Assembly (NCBI GenBank): GCA_973895155.1
Contig: OZ316891.1
Span: forward strand, 15,407,037 to 15,471,036
Origin: Marsupella aquatica
Lineage: Eukaryota; Plantae; Marchantiophyta
Reading direction: 5' to 3'
DNA: 64,000 nucleotides
Shown: piece after piece, positions 49,876-64,000 of the stretch
Layout: each line of letters opens with the position of its first letter
How positions within the stretch are numbered: position 1 is the stretch's first letter
Notes under the pieces: generated by a model
What the model was told of the DNA's origin: nothing
What the model saw: only the letters and a program-made list of their open reading frames with translations
The model's database searches: none
Made by a program: the position numbers and the translations under genes

Positions 49876-51979
49876 ATAAATCTGTCGATATCGAGAGCAA
49901 TGAATCTGTCATCCTCTGCTCTCTTCTTCTTGGCCGAAACGAATCCTTAAACTTGCAGGACACTCCTGACGGGAAAAGGGCTACCCATGTCACTCGTTTG
50001 GAAATAGTGTACACAATATTGACGTTATTCCCTCATCAAATAATTACTGAATCCACTTTCTTGCAATCTTCCTGATGATCATCTTCCAGCTATTGTATAG
50101 GTGATTTTGTGTCTCGGACTTTTGGGATGAAGTAGGGGTAGGCAGGATTTTCTCTGCTATCTTGTATGCACGAAAGCGAAGCTGAACTCCCCGTTTTCAA
50201 TCACTGGAGGTTGATCGGGAAAGTTCGTTGTTAGCTACTGCTCTTTTTAAGAAATTCCATTCATAATCCTCAGTGCCTATGTCTCGAGTATCAGTCCATT
50301 CAAGACAATTGGGATCCTTTTTGTTGTGATGAATTCAAGCAATGAACTGCATAATTATGCAAGCTGTGTCCACAGGAGACAGCCGAGGCGATGGGATGTC
50401 GAAAACCTACCGCATGTCAGACAGCAGGATATGCCTGTTTTCATATTTTTGACAATCTCATCTTTGTGCTCTACTCTACATCACGCTGTGCTTTCGTTAC
50501 ATTTGTATTTACTGTGACAATTGAGTTTTATCCCGTGTCTTGAACCGAACTACGCATCTTATAGTATTATCCGTCACCAGGATGTTGAACAGAGATGAGG
50601 GAATTGCGTGTATTTGATTCTGCTGTTTGGAAATTTCGTAGGAGCAACGATTACCCAACAGTTGTGCTAATTATGATTCCTCCAGTGTACATCGTATAAA
50701 GCATCTGTTTCTTAACTCTTTCAACTGGCAGTATGATTGTGCAGACAATTGAAGAGTTTTTGCCATCAATACTCACCTTGGACTGAATTGTCGACTTCCT
50801 TTTTAAAGTTTATGCGTTTCTTAAATTACTTTTTCAAATCTGTTCGTGTTTTCTCAGAAGCAAGAGTTCAAAAATATCACCTTCAGTTGCAATGCTTATC
50901 ACTTAATTTGACCCAGAGCAAACAGTTCTCTCTTATCTTCGGACGACTCAAGATTCTGTAGACACCTACATGTTTGTACGAGTTGCCTATGGATTATCAA
51001 GAAACCATAATCTCTGTACCTTAATTTCGAAATCCGGTTGACTAAAATTCCAGAGGAAATGAAGACCACAGCATTCCGACTCCTCTACAAAAGCTGTCAA
51101 ACGACCGGTTACTTTTTTTCAGTCTTCATATCCTACAGCTAGAAATGTTTGTAAATGTAATACAGTAGTTATGTGATTCACGGCAATTCACTGACAATTT
51201 GCGATCAGAAGCAACAAGTTTCAGATGAGGCAATGTCGGTGGGGAAGGCAACTCTCCCCACGGTGGGCGTTCCCCGTGGTGGGCCTAAGCAAGGCTTGGG
51301 TATTGAGGCTGGTTCACTAATTTCTAACCATTACATATTTTGAATCTGTGGCTATCTGCCACATGTTATGTTTGCCTTTTCAATTAAAAAGGTTGTCCTA
51401 ACATGCTATAATTCTATCTAGTGAGAAAAAGTTGAATGAAGCTTGAATAGCATTTTATAGAGAGGAGAGCGTGTTACATATTTCTAGAGGCATCAAAGGA
51501 ATCTTCTTCCCGTGTCACTTTCCCATGGACTCATGGCATTTGCATTGGCTTTAATAAGTAAGGACTGTATGCACTTGCACTCTCTAAACTCAAAGAACCC
51601 GAACTACAGTGCAGAGACACAAATAGTGGGTCTACAATAGGGAGCCTCAAACCTCAAACCTTGCCATAGGTACTGGTTAAAGGCCACGGACAGAAAAAGT
51701 CATGACCTCTTGTCTCCCAGTTTGGCAAAAATTGCTCTTTGGCAGTAGGTTAGATATAAACAATTGTCACTAATGACAATCCCTTGTCTTTCTGCTCTTA
51801 TGGATAAGAGTACATTGACACTTATAGAGTGATTGTGCTTATATATTTGTCAGTTAGTGCACTTTTATGCACTTATGAAAACTGCAAAATGCAATTCATT
51901 CATCAAATTTGATGCCATTATTTTTAGACCAAGCCTCTTGCCTGTTGAGCTCGAGCTAATTCATGAGCTTGACGAAGAG

Positions 51980-52300
51980 CTGGTTGTTAGAAATGTTTGG
52001 GTTAAAGTGCCACCAGATGCCATCGAGACTCATGTACTAAAAGGGCATGACCTCACTTCGCTGGCTGTTAGAAATGTTAAGCTTAAAGTGCCACCAGATG
52101 CCATGGAGACTCTGTAATAAAGGGCAAAGAGGAGACAAATTGAGGTCTACTGGGTTTACATCAGTTGTGAGACAACGGGTCGTGCTGGAGACACAGTGGA
52201 AGATGAACTTAAATAAAGTTTGTGGAGACCTTAAAATAAACTGTGTGGGTGGTCTTTCTGACAGACTGGACAATGAACTTAAATAAAGTTTGTGGGAGAA
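51980..52300. repeat. Two short direct-repeat pairs
   Basis: gttagaaatgtt..ttaaagtgccaccagatgccat.gagactc twice (81-bp spacing), and atgaacttaaataaagtttgtgg twice. Confidence 0.8.
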
Positions 52301-53081
52301 ACTGTATAAACTCACAAGCATAAAAGAGATGGGTACACAAGCTAATTAGGGTCAAATGTACGCAAACCTCCTAATTAGGGGCGTGTGTTTAGCCCACAAA
52401 ACCCTAAACCCACAACCTCCCATAAACCCGAACTCCATAGTCCATACTCGCTCGCTTTCAGTCTCGCCCTGTTTGTCCCTGTCCACTGCACTGCGCTAAT
52501 CCATAGTTCGATCGACCATGAAGCCAGTATTCTAGGAGGAGGACCCGGAAACATTCGATCGCCTCATTGCAGCGGGTCTGTGATATTGTCTTTGCTTTAC
52601 TATCGTAGCGTCGATGAGCAAGTTGGGCCTTTCATCCTCGTTGGAAATGCGAAGTGCTTTCGCTTGCGGCATATGTTGCGCCGCTTCTGAACATTCTCAG
52701 CGAGTGATTGAATTGAATTGAAATTGAATTGAGTTTGATGAAAGGAAAGGATTCGGTTGCCTCCCCTTCCCTTCCGTGGCTTTGCTTCGTTTGTCTTGAT
52801 TTGATGAAAGTTTTATGCGGTTGGCGCTTGAACATGAATTGTGGTTTCAGGGAATGCCATTAACACTTTATTCGCGCCAGAGATGCCAATTAATCGCCCT
52901 TCATCGCCGCTTCAGACTCTCTCTTCTGAGACAAACGCTGTAGACTATGGGCACCTACTCAGTTCCCACAAAACTTGGCTTCTTTGAGTTACGGCCTTCC
53001 TAGAAGAGCACAATCCGTTCGGTTCCTGGAGTCTTGTATTTCGTTCTGTAGCGTGCATTGGAGTTATTACAGCTTGAATCG

Positions 53082-55541
53082 ATGGCTCTGAGGATGAGGT
53101 CCCAGCTGTCTCTTTGTTGTTGGAGACGGAGCCTTTCGTCGATATCAACTCGAATGCAATCCGAATTGTACAGTAGAAGATCCAGTTCTTCTGATTCACA
53201 GTTGGGGGTTGCCCAGAGCAACTGGAACCAAGGGGCTCACCAAACCTATCTGGTTCCTGCTTTAGCTTCCCCACCAGGAAAATTACCGTCACGGACTAAT
53301 TCTATTCATCGCACTAGAAATGGCTATCTGGACTCTTATGTCCCAGGAATTCGGATTAGCCAATTTAGACTGGATTCTGAAAGTCGCCGCGGCCCTGAAT
53401 GTCCCCAAACAATGCATGGAGTCGACGGAGCCTTCTGCATTACTAGAAATCAAAACCGAGATCGGATGATGCATGGAAGGTTCATGAGCTCCGGGAGCGA
53501 GAATCAATCCAAATCCCTAGAGACTTCACACGAAGCCACAGAGCAGTCCTCGTCGACGGAAAACGATGCTTTCAAAACGTTTGTCGAGGAGGTGGAGAAA
53601 GACCCTTTCCTTCAGGAAGTCAGAAGTGCAAAGCAGTCTATAACAAATATGGAAACAGATTTGGTTTCAAGTGATGAAGAGGAGGAGGACGACGATGCGC
53701 GGTTAGAGAAAGCTGAGAGGGATTATTTAGAGGCTTTAGGAAAGGGGGAAGTGGCGGACTTGGATCTAGAACAGCTCGAGAATCTACTGGGAGCAGCTCC
53801 CACAGGAGATGCGACAGTAGGAGCTCTGTATATTAAACTAGGTCAAGAGTACGATGGTAGTGGAAACAGTGCTGAGCAGATTCTACGTTGTGGTCAGAAG
53901 GCGCTTTCAATTTTTCAAACCAAGAAGGACGATGTGAGACTTGAGGTGGCGATGGCTCTTCATCTGATTGCCATTGCTTATGTAAGACAGGAAAAGTATG
54001 AAGCTAGTTTACCCGTTTTGCACGAAGCCCTGGAGCTTTTTGAAAGTAAAGGGGGAAAGCAGAGCAGGGCGGCGAAATGTGCGGTTTGTTTTCTGCTAGG
54101 AGAGGCCCTTTCCAGCTGCGGGAAGGCAGATGAAGCTCTGGGCCACTTGAGGACGGCTGTGAAGGAGCAGGAACTTCTTCTTGGCGGGGATCATGTTCAA
54201 CTCGGAAAAAGTTATCGGAAAATCGCCGAGGTGCTAGCAAATGTCATGAAGCACGACGAAGCCTTACCTTTCGCGCAGAAAGCTTTGCAAATTCACATCA
54301 AGGCCCATGGGGAGGGTTCTATGGAGGAAGCAATTGACAGAAGGCTCATGGCAGTCATCCACATTGGGCTTGAAGATCATGAAAGAGCTCTAGAGCAACA
54401 CATAATTGTTAGAGAAATATTGTCAGGAAGTGAACATGGTAGTCAAACTGTGTTTGTGGACATTTCGACAGCTGACACCGAAATCACTCTTGGAAAATAC
54501 GATGATGCAATCTCTTCCCTGGAGACAGCCTTGTCCAAAGTGGACAAGGGCAGTGCTATGCATGCCTTGGCTCTCGTGAATCTTGCTAAAGTGTACGAAC
54601 GCAAGAAGCAACCAGATATTGCTGATAAGTATGCTAAGGAAGTGGTTGAGATTTTGGAAAACAAGTTGTTAATCAACGCTGATCCTCTGGCTGTGGGAGA
54701 AGGTTACACAGAGCTGGCCGCTTTGTATGAGAAGATAGGCCAGACGGATAGTGCTATTGACATGCTCACGAAAGCACATGCAATCTACGCCCCAATTCCC
54801 CATCAAAGGAATGCTGTTGCTGGTACGCAAGCGCAGATCGGCATGCTGCTCTTCTTTACCGGGAAAGTTGAAGAAGCAGTTCCCTTCTTGGAAAATGCTG
54901 TGGAAAATCTTGAGGGTGCAGTTGGTGAACAAAATTTTGCTCTTGCAATGGTTCTAAATCACTTGGGGGTGGCAAAAGTGGAGCTGGAAATGCTGGAAGC
55001 CGCCACTGAGCACTTTGAGAGGGCCAAATCTATCTTTGATGAGGTCCTTGGGTCCGACCACGACGATACAATCGCAGTTGCTCGAAATTTGGTCAACACT
55101 TACTCGTTACTTGACCGGTAAGCCTCTCATCCTCGATCTTCGTGTAAATCTGTCTGCCTGATTAGCGTTACTAATTTAGTAGCGAGTTACTCGTGTCTCT
55201 TGGTCCTGTGTAATTTGACGTGCTTCACTATTTGTGGTCAGCCCCCTAGCTACAATTCAATAGGAGCTGTTATCCTCCTTGATGCTATACGCAACCCTTG
55301 TTATGCCTTGCATCTTATTGTTTTCTTTGATATGGAATTGTACTATAGGTTGGATGATGCGATCAAGTATCAAAAGGAAGTGATCAGGCAATTGGGGTTC
55401 AGAGACGATGAAGTAAAAGATATGCTTGAGGAAGCAACGGGACACCTTCAAATGTTGGAACAACATCGTGAGAGTGGCAAACTGGTGAGTGAGACATTAG
55501 GCGCAGACCCTCGTAAATTTGGTCGAATAATAAGTGACTAG
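53082..55541 (+). CDS. Kinesin-light-chain-related TPR protein, probably organelle (mitochondrion)-targeted; 2 coding exons
   Basis: Exons 53082-55117 and 55349-55541. R/S-rich N-terminus, acidic linker, then many ~42-aa KLC-type TPRs (e.g. LGGDHVQLGKSY, VLGSDHDDTIAVARNL). Confidence 0.9.
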
Positions 55542-57223
55542 AGACACGCTCGTACATCTTCTCTGGTACATTTCCACGCAGAAATGCTATGACCCTAAAC
55601 CCTAAATGATATGACCGTCAACCTCGCCAGAGTCGTCTAGTCACCTTGTCTCGTTCGCGATCAAATTCCCGGAATCCGAAGGGCTTAGTTAGGGCCATTC
55701 TTAGTTTCGACTTGCTGTTTGTGCGGTTCATCTGTTGACTGTAAAGGTTCGGATCATCGCCATGATACTCAATAAATGATGCATTAATTGAGTAGGATAT
55801 GATAAGAGTGGGTTTGTAATGCTATTTTATCAGTTTCGCCCTTCAGTAGTCCCTTGAAGGTGTTACTTTGGCGATTCCTTCATTGGTTTAGGTAGCTCTC
55901 GATGTTCCTTTCCGATCTTCCCTCATTAGACGTAGTCGTCAGAGGCTTTAGGACGTAGCCGAGGAAGACTGGACGCTTCTTTGGTATCAATTTTGTACAT
56001 CTTGTCACTCGCCCGTGTTGATTTGAAGGGTGCTTTGAATTGGAATACTATTATCCAATCGCTGTTCCTGGCAGTCCAATGTTACTTATAAAGCTCCAAT
56101 TACAATATAGAGTTAGGGCTTAGGTTTCATGTGAATAAGGAATATATTTTGGTGACATTTTATTATACCACCGCGCTTGCTTCAATGTTGACATTTTATT
56201 ATACTCCTACTCTGCACGTTCAAAGAACAGGTAGTCTGGGCTACTTAGACATAATACCACATGAGACCAAATTGTTGTTGATAAAAAAGTTTACCATCTC
56301 AAGTCGTTTCCCCACAGATGCAAACTTTACTGTGTCAGATAAAACGCTGGCCTTTTCAAAGGGGAGTGAAACTAAAGAATCTCCATGGCTGTCAAGCGAT
56401 GCTGTCGGTCCTATGAAGACTGGGATCGCAAAATGAACATGGCCATCCTAAAGATATAAAATAGTCTAACTAAGGTCCGGACATAGTCTGCTATATTCGA
56501 CTTAGCGACATAAGTTGTCAAAGAAAACCACGAAATGCATTTGGAACACTAGTAAGAATCCCCAGTTTCAACTTTGAAAATTTCCATTTCACCTGCCTCC
56601 GTCTGGATTCGTTGCTGGATTCGTTTTGACAGGGTGGGGTTTAGATGGACATCGCATCCACAAAATTCATATCCTTCTCGAGTAATGATCTTCACGTTTA
56701 ACTGATATAGACCACGCTTTTGGTATTAAAAACTTACATAGTCCTTAAATTAAAACACCTGACCCACTTGTGGTGGAAAGCCTGATACACGTTTCTGGCA
56801 TTTTCTAATCTTTGTACTATTCAGGAGATGGGGTCCTACAAATCACTAAAATGCATCTGTAGGGAATAAGATTATCGCTAGTTTGAATCGGGAAGGTGGT
56901 ATATAAAGCCATCCCGTTGGTCAAACTTCAGCCTACACAATCTCTTCTCTAAGTGGCAATTCAACTCGTAACCAAACTCTGGGGGAAAATATATACATAG
57001 ACAATAAATACCCCTCCGTAGGAATTAACGATTGAGAAATGATGTGATGTTTAATGGAACTGAATCAAATGGAATATACACATGCACTCTACAGAACTAT
57101 CCTGGGATAAACATGTCTGATTCTCTTCTCCTATGACACTGCGGATTCCGTACTCAAGTTTCATATATCTCGAGTACATAATATAGTGTCGAAATCTAGC
57201 TTTTGTATGGCCCGAGTCTGTCA

Positions 57224-60200
57224 TCATGCAGGTTGCTGATATGACCCGTAAACTTCACCTCGCATGATCTCAACTGGTTGATGCTCTTGAGTGTAGCGTT
57301 CAGGTCCATAATACAATCCTGTTTTCTCCAGTATAGACAAAGCAGCAAGCCTTCCATACATGGAAGCATAGAGCTGCAAGTACTCGAAGTCCTGCAGCAC
57401 GCTACCCAAGTCATTGAAAATGTATACCTCTGTTACTAATGACTTGGTATGCTGAAGTTCCTAGACATATAAAGCATTGATATTGCATGTGGTTACAACT
57501 CTTTACCTGCATACCACTCAGAATGCGTTCCAAGCGCACTGAGGCCACAGGTACAGACGAGTTTGGTGTGAATACTTCGCCAGGATAATACAGAACGCCA
57601 TCACCTGGGGGTAGCCCCCGTCGGAACCTAGTCTGAAACAATAGTGAGATCTCTTGCAAATCAGCCTCAAATTTGGTCAGGCACAGTAGCATATTAGCCA
57701 TAAGAATATAAGAATGTAACTCAACAACCCACTAAATACGCTGTAAGGATTCTTCAACACTATCTGAAAATACAGTGTATTCTAAAAATCCTGAAGAGCC
57801 AGATGCGTGTTTGCTTACACTAGCTAATTAAAAAGTGCTCCGATAAACAGCTCTAGACAAGATTCCATCACCTCAGCTGATGATGATCCAGCTCTTTCAT
57901 AACAGTTAGCACCCCAGTACAAGAATCCAGTACCACCTTCTTTCCACACCCGCCAGAAGACTGCTCGGTGCTGTGTACCTTTCATTCCAAGATGCCAGTT
58001 TGGATGCGGATCTGCTGGCCCCATGCACACGTAAGTCCACCACTCCTAAAAAGCAATCATCCAGATCAGTCGAGTGGTAAGACAATACTCTAAAATCCCA
58101 TCGCATTCATAGGGCATTGTCTACGTTCAACACGTACCGTACCCCTAGCTATTATCCTGGCAGGTCAACACCCAGGAATCATAATCGACCTCCAACATAT
58201 ATGACGGTCAAATTTTTCAAGTTCATGATTCGGGAGTTTATCTTCGTTTTTGTACCTCGTGATTGTCTGGCTGCAGTTCTGCAGTTATGTTCTGTATCAG
58301 ATCTTCACGCCCTCCTAAAACCCATTCACTGCAAATCAACTTGTTATGAGACCCCAACAATGTATTGTGAAGAAGCTTGGCAAGACGAACTGTTGTTGCT
58401 ATTCCAGATTGCCAGTGTTAATGTGAACTCGTGCTCGTTTTTCTCTAAAATATTATCGACCCTCAAAAGTGGGCATGAAACATTTTTTACTCTTAGAAAG
58501 CTTTCTTGCCACAGTTGAGGTGGTTACTTCCTACCTGGTACAGAAAATCTGAGTGTGTGGTCGTAAGAAGCTTGGGACTCGTAGAAATGATTCAAAGCTT
58601 CCTGGGGCCCCAGGTACATCAAAGGGACCTGCAAAACCACCCCAAACCTGGTTTTAATATCATCCCATGAGTACCAAAGGTCTAGGAAAATTGGATATGC
58701 AAAGATTAACGTCGTTATTTCATAGTGTTGGATCCGCACACTGTCAGGCTTTCGGGCAAACCTAATCAAACAGTGCGTCGCATCCCCACTGTATGGCACG
58801 AGTACAATTTCGCTGATCGCATGCAGGCTTCATGCCATCCTGGACGTGAGACTCCTACTTAAACATGAATTATAATAGCGAAGAGCTTTTCAAAGAGTTT
58901 AATTAAACTATCCAAGAACAAATAAATGTCGTGAGCAATAACCCCGTTCCATTGTGAATAACCCAAACTCCAGTAACCCGGTTGAGGTTTGTTAACACAA
59001 TGGAGCTATTCACAAGGTATTGAACGCTTACCACAATAATACGTAGTCAGTACACGTGCATCTGGAGCTATTGCTCTGATCTCTTCAGACATGTTGCGAA
59101 TATGTTCATATTGCTCCATCCCCAATGGCTGATTACCAAAGTCAAAAATACTAATTAGTTCTCTGAAACTAGTATAGTCAATAACTACTCACTAAAATGC
59201 ATCAAAGGGCCATTCCGATATTTAGATCATAAGCTCATTTCTCCAAACAAACGTATACCAAAAATGGGACAATAAAGCGGATAATGGATATCAAATAGAA
59301 AGAATCAGACCTCGTCCCATAAGTAAAAGTATGCCTTTTTCCAGTGGCTCTTTTGTCTAAGTATCTCCACTTCCTGTCTAAGGGAATCCTTGGCTGCATC
59401 AGTGCTGTAATATAACATACATGACCGTAGATTAATATGTAAACATGCTATCGCACGAAAGAGATGTATTTAAAACACACTTCAAAGAACCAGCATTAGA
59501 AAGCTTACAATTCAGAAAAAAAAATCGCCACAGACAAAACATCCAACCCAATGGGCTGTAACAATTGCAAGTTTCGTTTTTATCTTCGTACCCTTTACAA
59601 AATTGAAGCGGGACACAAAGACACCTCTGTTAAATTCAAAAGCGGAGGCAAGGAGAGGGTGAACCACCCTAATCAAGCTTAATTAACTAAGTGACAAATG
59701 CTCCCCCACCCGTCAAGTCCTCAGAAAACACTAACGACAATTATAATGGCCAGAATACCTTGCTTTCTTCCACATGAACAGGTCTGAAGAGTCAGGGGAG
59801 GTGGCCCACCTGTTTAGAACAGGAGCATAGGGCACGGCATAAGCTGATAATTTTGGATTAGCATAATACTTTTCTGCCTTGGGATGATCCGCTGAAAATC
59901 ACAATAGCTCTGAAAGTCAATCTCACATCTCATCCCGTTGACGTACTCATTTACTATACCTAATCATTAGACAAAGAATAGATCCAGAAAATTTCTGACG
60001 AGTCGCAACATTTACTACGAGTCCACCCTGTCTTAGATGTGGAGACAACAATTTCAATGCCATCAACGAGCTAAATCTCCAAGTAAGAATTACTTCCGGG
60101 GGTAATATGAATCAGATTCTGGTAGTAAGGAAACCATGTCCTGAGATTCACGGTATTGTACCTGGCCAAGGGCATGTATATGTCAAAACACGCATGTTGT

Positions 60201-62294
60201 CGCCCCATCTGCAGAAGTAGGGGCTCAAGCGATATTGCAGCAACCATTGAAAATGCATGTCTAATGAATTGTACCAGTCACTGCTTCCATGTTCTAACCC
60301 AAAACGGTCCTCGATAACTGTTTCAGATATCTTTAATAAAAGTTAAGGAAAGAGGCCCTGTTGCCTTGCTTAGCATAAAGTACTGAAACGACCGTGCTCA
60401 TCCATAAGGTGAAGTAAAAGGATACGCCGAAGACAGCTGGAAGCGAAGGAGTTTCTGGTAACACAAAATCCCACACTGTTAGCCCAACCTTCACTTGTAC
60501 TGCAAGTGAACTATCAAAGTCTTCGTCAATGTCCATTTTCCTATTCTCACCCTGGGTAGCCGTCAACAAGGACGACTGCAGGACCTGCTGCAACCCTTCA
60601 TAAAGTGCTCGTAGCTCCTCTGGCTAAATTGCAAAAAGAGTTAACCAAATTTAGTACAGAAAGGGGAAAGAGAGGTTTGAGTGGTTGATACCTACACAAG
60701 TTCCCTGTAAGATCTTAACATAAAATCTCACGGGTCCAGGCATTCATTTTTTGTCAAACTTAATGTTTTATCATACGATCCATGAGATGGATTGAAAATA
60801 ACTTACGGCATTGCCTTTCGAGATATCTGTGCCGTCCAGCAGTTGTTGCAATTCCTTTCTAAGTTCTCCTCTTTCATTGTCACCTAGATCATCGTCATCG
60901 TTAATTTTTCTGCATGAACAGCAACATTCACCGATGCGATCAACCTAAGTGACCTTTTGCAAGTAAATGAAAGGCACTATGGAGGGTCGTATGCTCTTGC
61001 AACTTGTTCAGTGCTTGTTAGTAGATAGGAACTTACTCGAAATCACCCTTCACTGCTAGGAAACTAATCTCTCCTTCGTAAAATCCAGGAGGCTGAGAGG
61101 TAGGCACATCCACTGAGAGCCAAAGCCCAAGCGTCTCCCTGAGACACAACAAAGAATTCTAAAGTAAGTCTAGGCCACATTTCAACGGTCTTTCTATCAG
61201 AAAACACTCACTCCTAGGACCAGCTGAGACAACCCTCGAAGGGAATTACCACAGGATATAGTCGTGGCTAATCCTGCGGTATAGTTCTAATCCTCTTATT
61301 AATTCCTGAAAGCGATATGCCCACAAAATACCACATGTGGAGATGTAAAGAGTAGCTCTCACCCGGGTAGCAGGCCTATTCGTGCAGTTGGTAATTCCAA
61401 AGGAACAAGTGCATCAGGCACGCCCAGTACTGGCACAACCTTCCGCAATGTTATTGATTTCCCTGTCTCGAGCCTACAAAATTTCCATTGACATGCCAGA
61501 CATGAGATAGTATCCTGCCTGAGTACGAGGGGCATGCAAAATCTCTTCAGATCTAGAGCTGGCTACTGTGGTCCTCGAACCCTCCGAACTTTTGAGCCAA
61601 TTTGAGAGGATTCTAAGAGAGACGGCGACTCAATCTCGATATCCTTAGATGAGCAGTAAGGCGAAGCAATTTGTGGCAATTACATCTCATAGCTATACGT
61701 CATTGGAAACCAAATGATATATAATTCATTTGAGGCTGCCCTCAACATGGGCTCTCACTTGTGACCAGAGCTGCTACAAAGATCAGAGCATTGAATTTGA
61801 ACATGACCGACAAAACCACCACTCGCCCAAGACAACTTCGGCCGCAGCGCGATTTGAATACTCTCTCGCTCATTCCGTGCCGCCAAAAGGTTGATCTGAC
61901 AATGCATCATATCAACATAACTCAGCAAGAAAGAGAGACACGTTTTCGGTCACTCGACTCGACACAAACAATATTCCGATACTCGACAACCCCAATTTGA
62001 GAGAAAGAAGTGAAGAGTACTGAAACTCTTTTGAGAAAATTTAACAACAATGTGCTTCTCATGAGTATCGCTGGGAAAAATTACTCTTTCGAGCGGTCGA
62101 GGAGGTTCCTGATGCCCGATTGTCGCAGTATTTGGCATGGGCCATACATGCAGTAGATCACCAGTCGGATGCCTCGTAGCTTCGTCCAACCGTGTGGGGT
62201 TCTTCAAAACTGCATCGGTCCACCCATAACCTGTTCCTCCACCCCGGACACCTTCAACTGGTGGCGGAACTACGAATTCCACATTGCCCTGCAT
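57224..62294 (-). CDS. DUF4091 / glycoside hydrolase family 123-like protein, multi-exon; start exon unresolved
   Basis: Exons give VPPPVEGVRGGGTGYGW, INLLAARNERESIQ, GVPDALVP, VWDFVLPETPSLPAVFG, APDARVLTTYYCG, EWVLGGREDL, HPNWHLGMKGTQHRAV..GFLYWGANCY, GDGVLYYPG and SVRLERILSGMQDFEYL; stop at 57224. Confidence 0.9.
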
Positions 62295-63437
62295 ATTCCA
62301 AACACACTCTGCACAACGAAATCAGATGATCATGAGCTTGGATGAAAAATCATGTGGGTGTGAGTTCGTTCGTTTGTTGATCTTGAATACATCTCCTTGC
62401 AGATGACTCTCAGGTGGATGACCTTCAAGAATCACACACGACTCCGTTCGTCATCTACTATAATTCTTAGGACGGGGGATGCTGGACCTTCAGCTGCTGG
62501 ATCCTACCTCTGCTGGATCCTACCTCGATAGGCTTTATCGATGGGCTCTATCGATGGGCTTTATCACAGAATCCGAAAACTTAGTCGGGATCTCTTGAGT
62601 CTGAAATTTGGGTTGATTTTCAGGCTTAAGGGAACTATGATTCTGGATTTTCAAGCTAATACCTTGATTTTGCATATCTGGTACTTTCATTGGTTCACAT
62701 TAGAGCATCTGCAACGGTGTACTCTAATTCCTTAGCGTATACATTGAATTACGTTTTCTAGTACAATGGATGTATATAGTAAGGATGACATGCCAAAATG
62801 CAAGCCCAATGGTCATAGGGGTTTACCTCGTGATATAACTTTAGATACTAATTGTTAGATCTTGTTTTACCTCCCGCTATACCTTTGGATACTAATTGTT
62901 TGATCTTGGATAACCCAGGAATCAATTCTGCATTGAGTCAGTGCTCTATATGGTCATTCAATAGTAGTTTAAATAACCAAAAAACCTACTATAGTAAGCT
63001 CACAACTGAAATCCTTCCACTAATCCATTGGGGTTGCCTTCTTTCTCTGCCTTATTGGGTTTGGTCAACATAGCTTACACTAGACTAACCTAGTAACTGT
63101 TGGAGGTGCTCTTTATTTAAGGTGTTCTTTTTGCATGAATTAATAATTTTGTTTAGCAAATGTACAATTTCAGGTGAAAGTTTTGTTTGTGAAAAAACTT
63201 GAGGTTCTAGCAATGCTGAACTGACACAAGGTTTGTTTATGTTGTGAGCTTGAGGTACTTGTTTTCTAACTTGTTGGTTCAGGTAGTTTTTTAGCTTTCA
63301 AGTGCATTTTTATAAGGTGTTGTTAAAGTGCAACTATTTTTTAGGATTTCCAGGTGCATGTTTTTCACAAAAATTTCTGCTTTTCTTTCAAGAATAATTT
63401 TTTACACAAAACAACTTTGTTCAATTTTTGTCCACAT

Positions 63438-64000
63438 TGTTGAGCATAGATAACAATTATAACGGCAAGCCCATGAACCATCCCAATGCACAAGTATCAA
63501 TATCGAGAGATACATGGTTCACCTTAGCATGAGGCTATGTCCACGGGAACACACAAGAGCCAGCTTTATTGCACTCTAGGCTGACTGTGTTGAGCATAGA
63601 TGACATTCGTAACAACAAGCCCATGAACCATCCAACGCACAAGAGTCGACACAGAGAGATACGTGGATCACGGAGACATGAGGCTACGTCCACGGGAACA
63701 CACAAGAGCTTTACTGCACTCTAGGCCGACCGGCCATACCAAGCATCCACAGCACAAGCTCTCCCTATCTCTCAACTAGCTCCGTAACAATGAGCCTAAG
63801 TTCCACCAAGGTCTGGCATCAGCCTTGGCTGTATGCACAATAGCACTACCGCTAACATTAGCTAAGTCCTAACCCGAGTTAGACTAATTGTGGTTAGCTC
63901 ATGAGTCACAAGACTAGAGCAATATCTAATAGACCAACCATACCAAGCATCCACAACACAAGCTCTCCCTATCTCTCAACTGGCTCCGTAACAATGAGTC
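63438..64000 (-). mobile_element. Copia A-family LTR containing a nested solo LTR of the same family (63588-63931)
   Basis: The outer LTR starts tgttgagc at 63438, breaks at 63587 and resumes after 63931. The inner 344-bp copy is flanked by gactg / gacca. Confidence 0.9.

Overview
Land-plant nuclear DNA with spliceosomal introns, Copia elements, TTTAGGG-type motifs and heavy C->T decay; a non-seed plant such as a liverwort is my guess, not shown by the sequence. Bases 1-28.9 kb are a nested transposon island. A decayed Ty1/Copia element (A) has its RT gene split by a 16.2-kb insertion (3406-19620; CACAA duplication; AGT..ACT ends). That insertion carries a spliced Kolobok-type DDE transposase pseudogene and a convergent KolX-like gene, and is itself interrupted by a near-complete Copia (B) whose 5' LTR holds a MITE. 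A Sola-type transposase remnant opens the window, and an unexplained 593-aa ORF lies between the PBS and gag of Copia A. Bases 29-63 kb hold host genes (F-box, TLC-domain, COX5C, KLC-related TPR, DUF4091/GH123-like) mixed with solo LTRs, MITEs, a truncated L1 and a MULE-like element. The best candidate for an undescribed system is the plant Kolobok-like element. All family calls come from motif recognition by eye; no database search was run.
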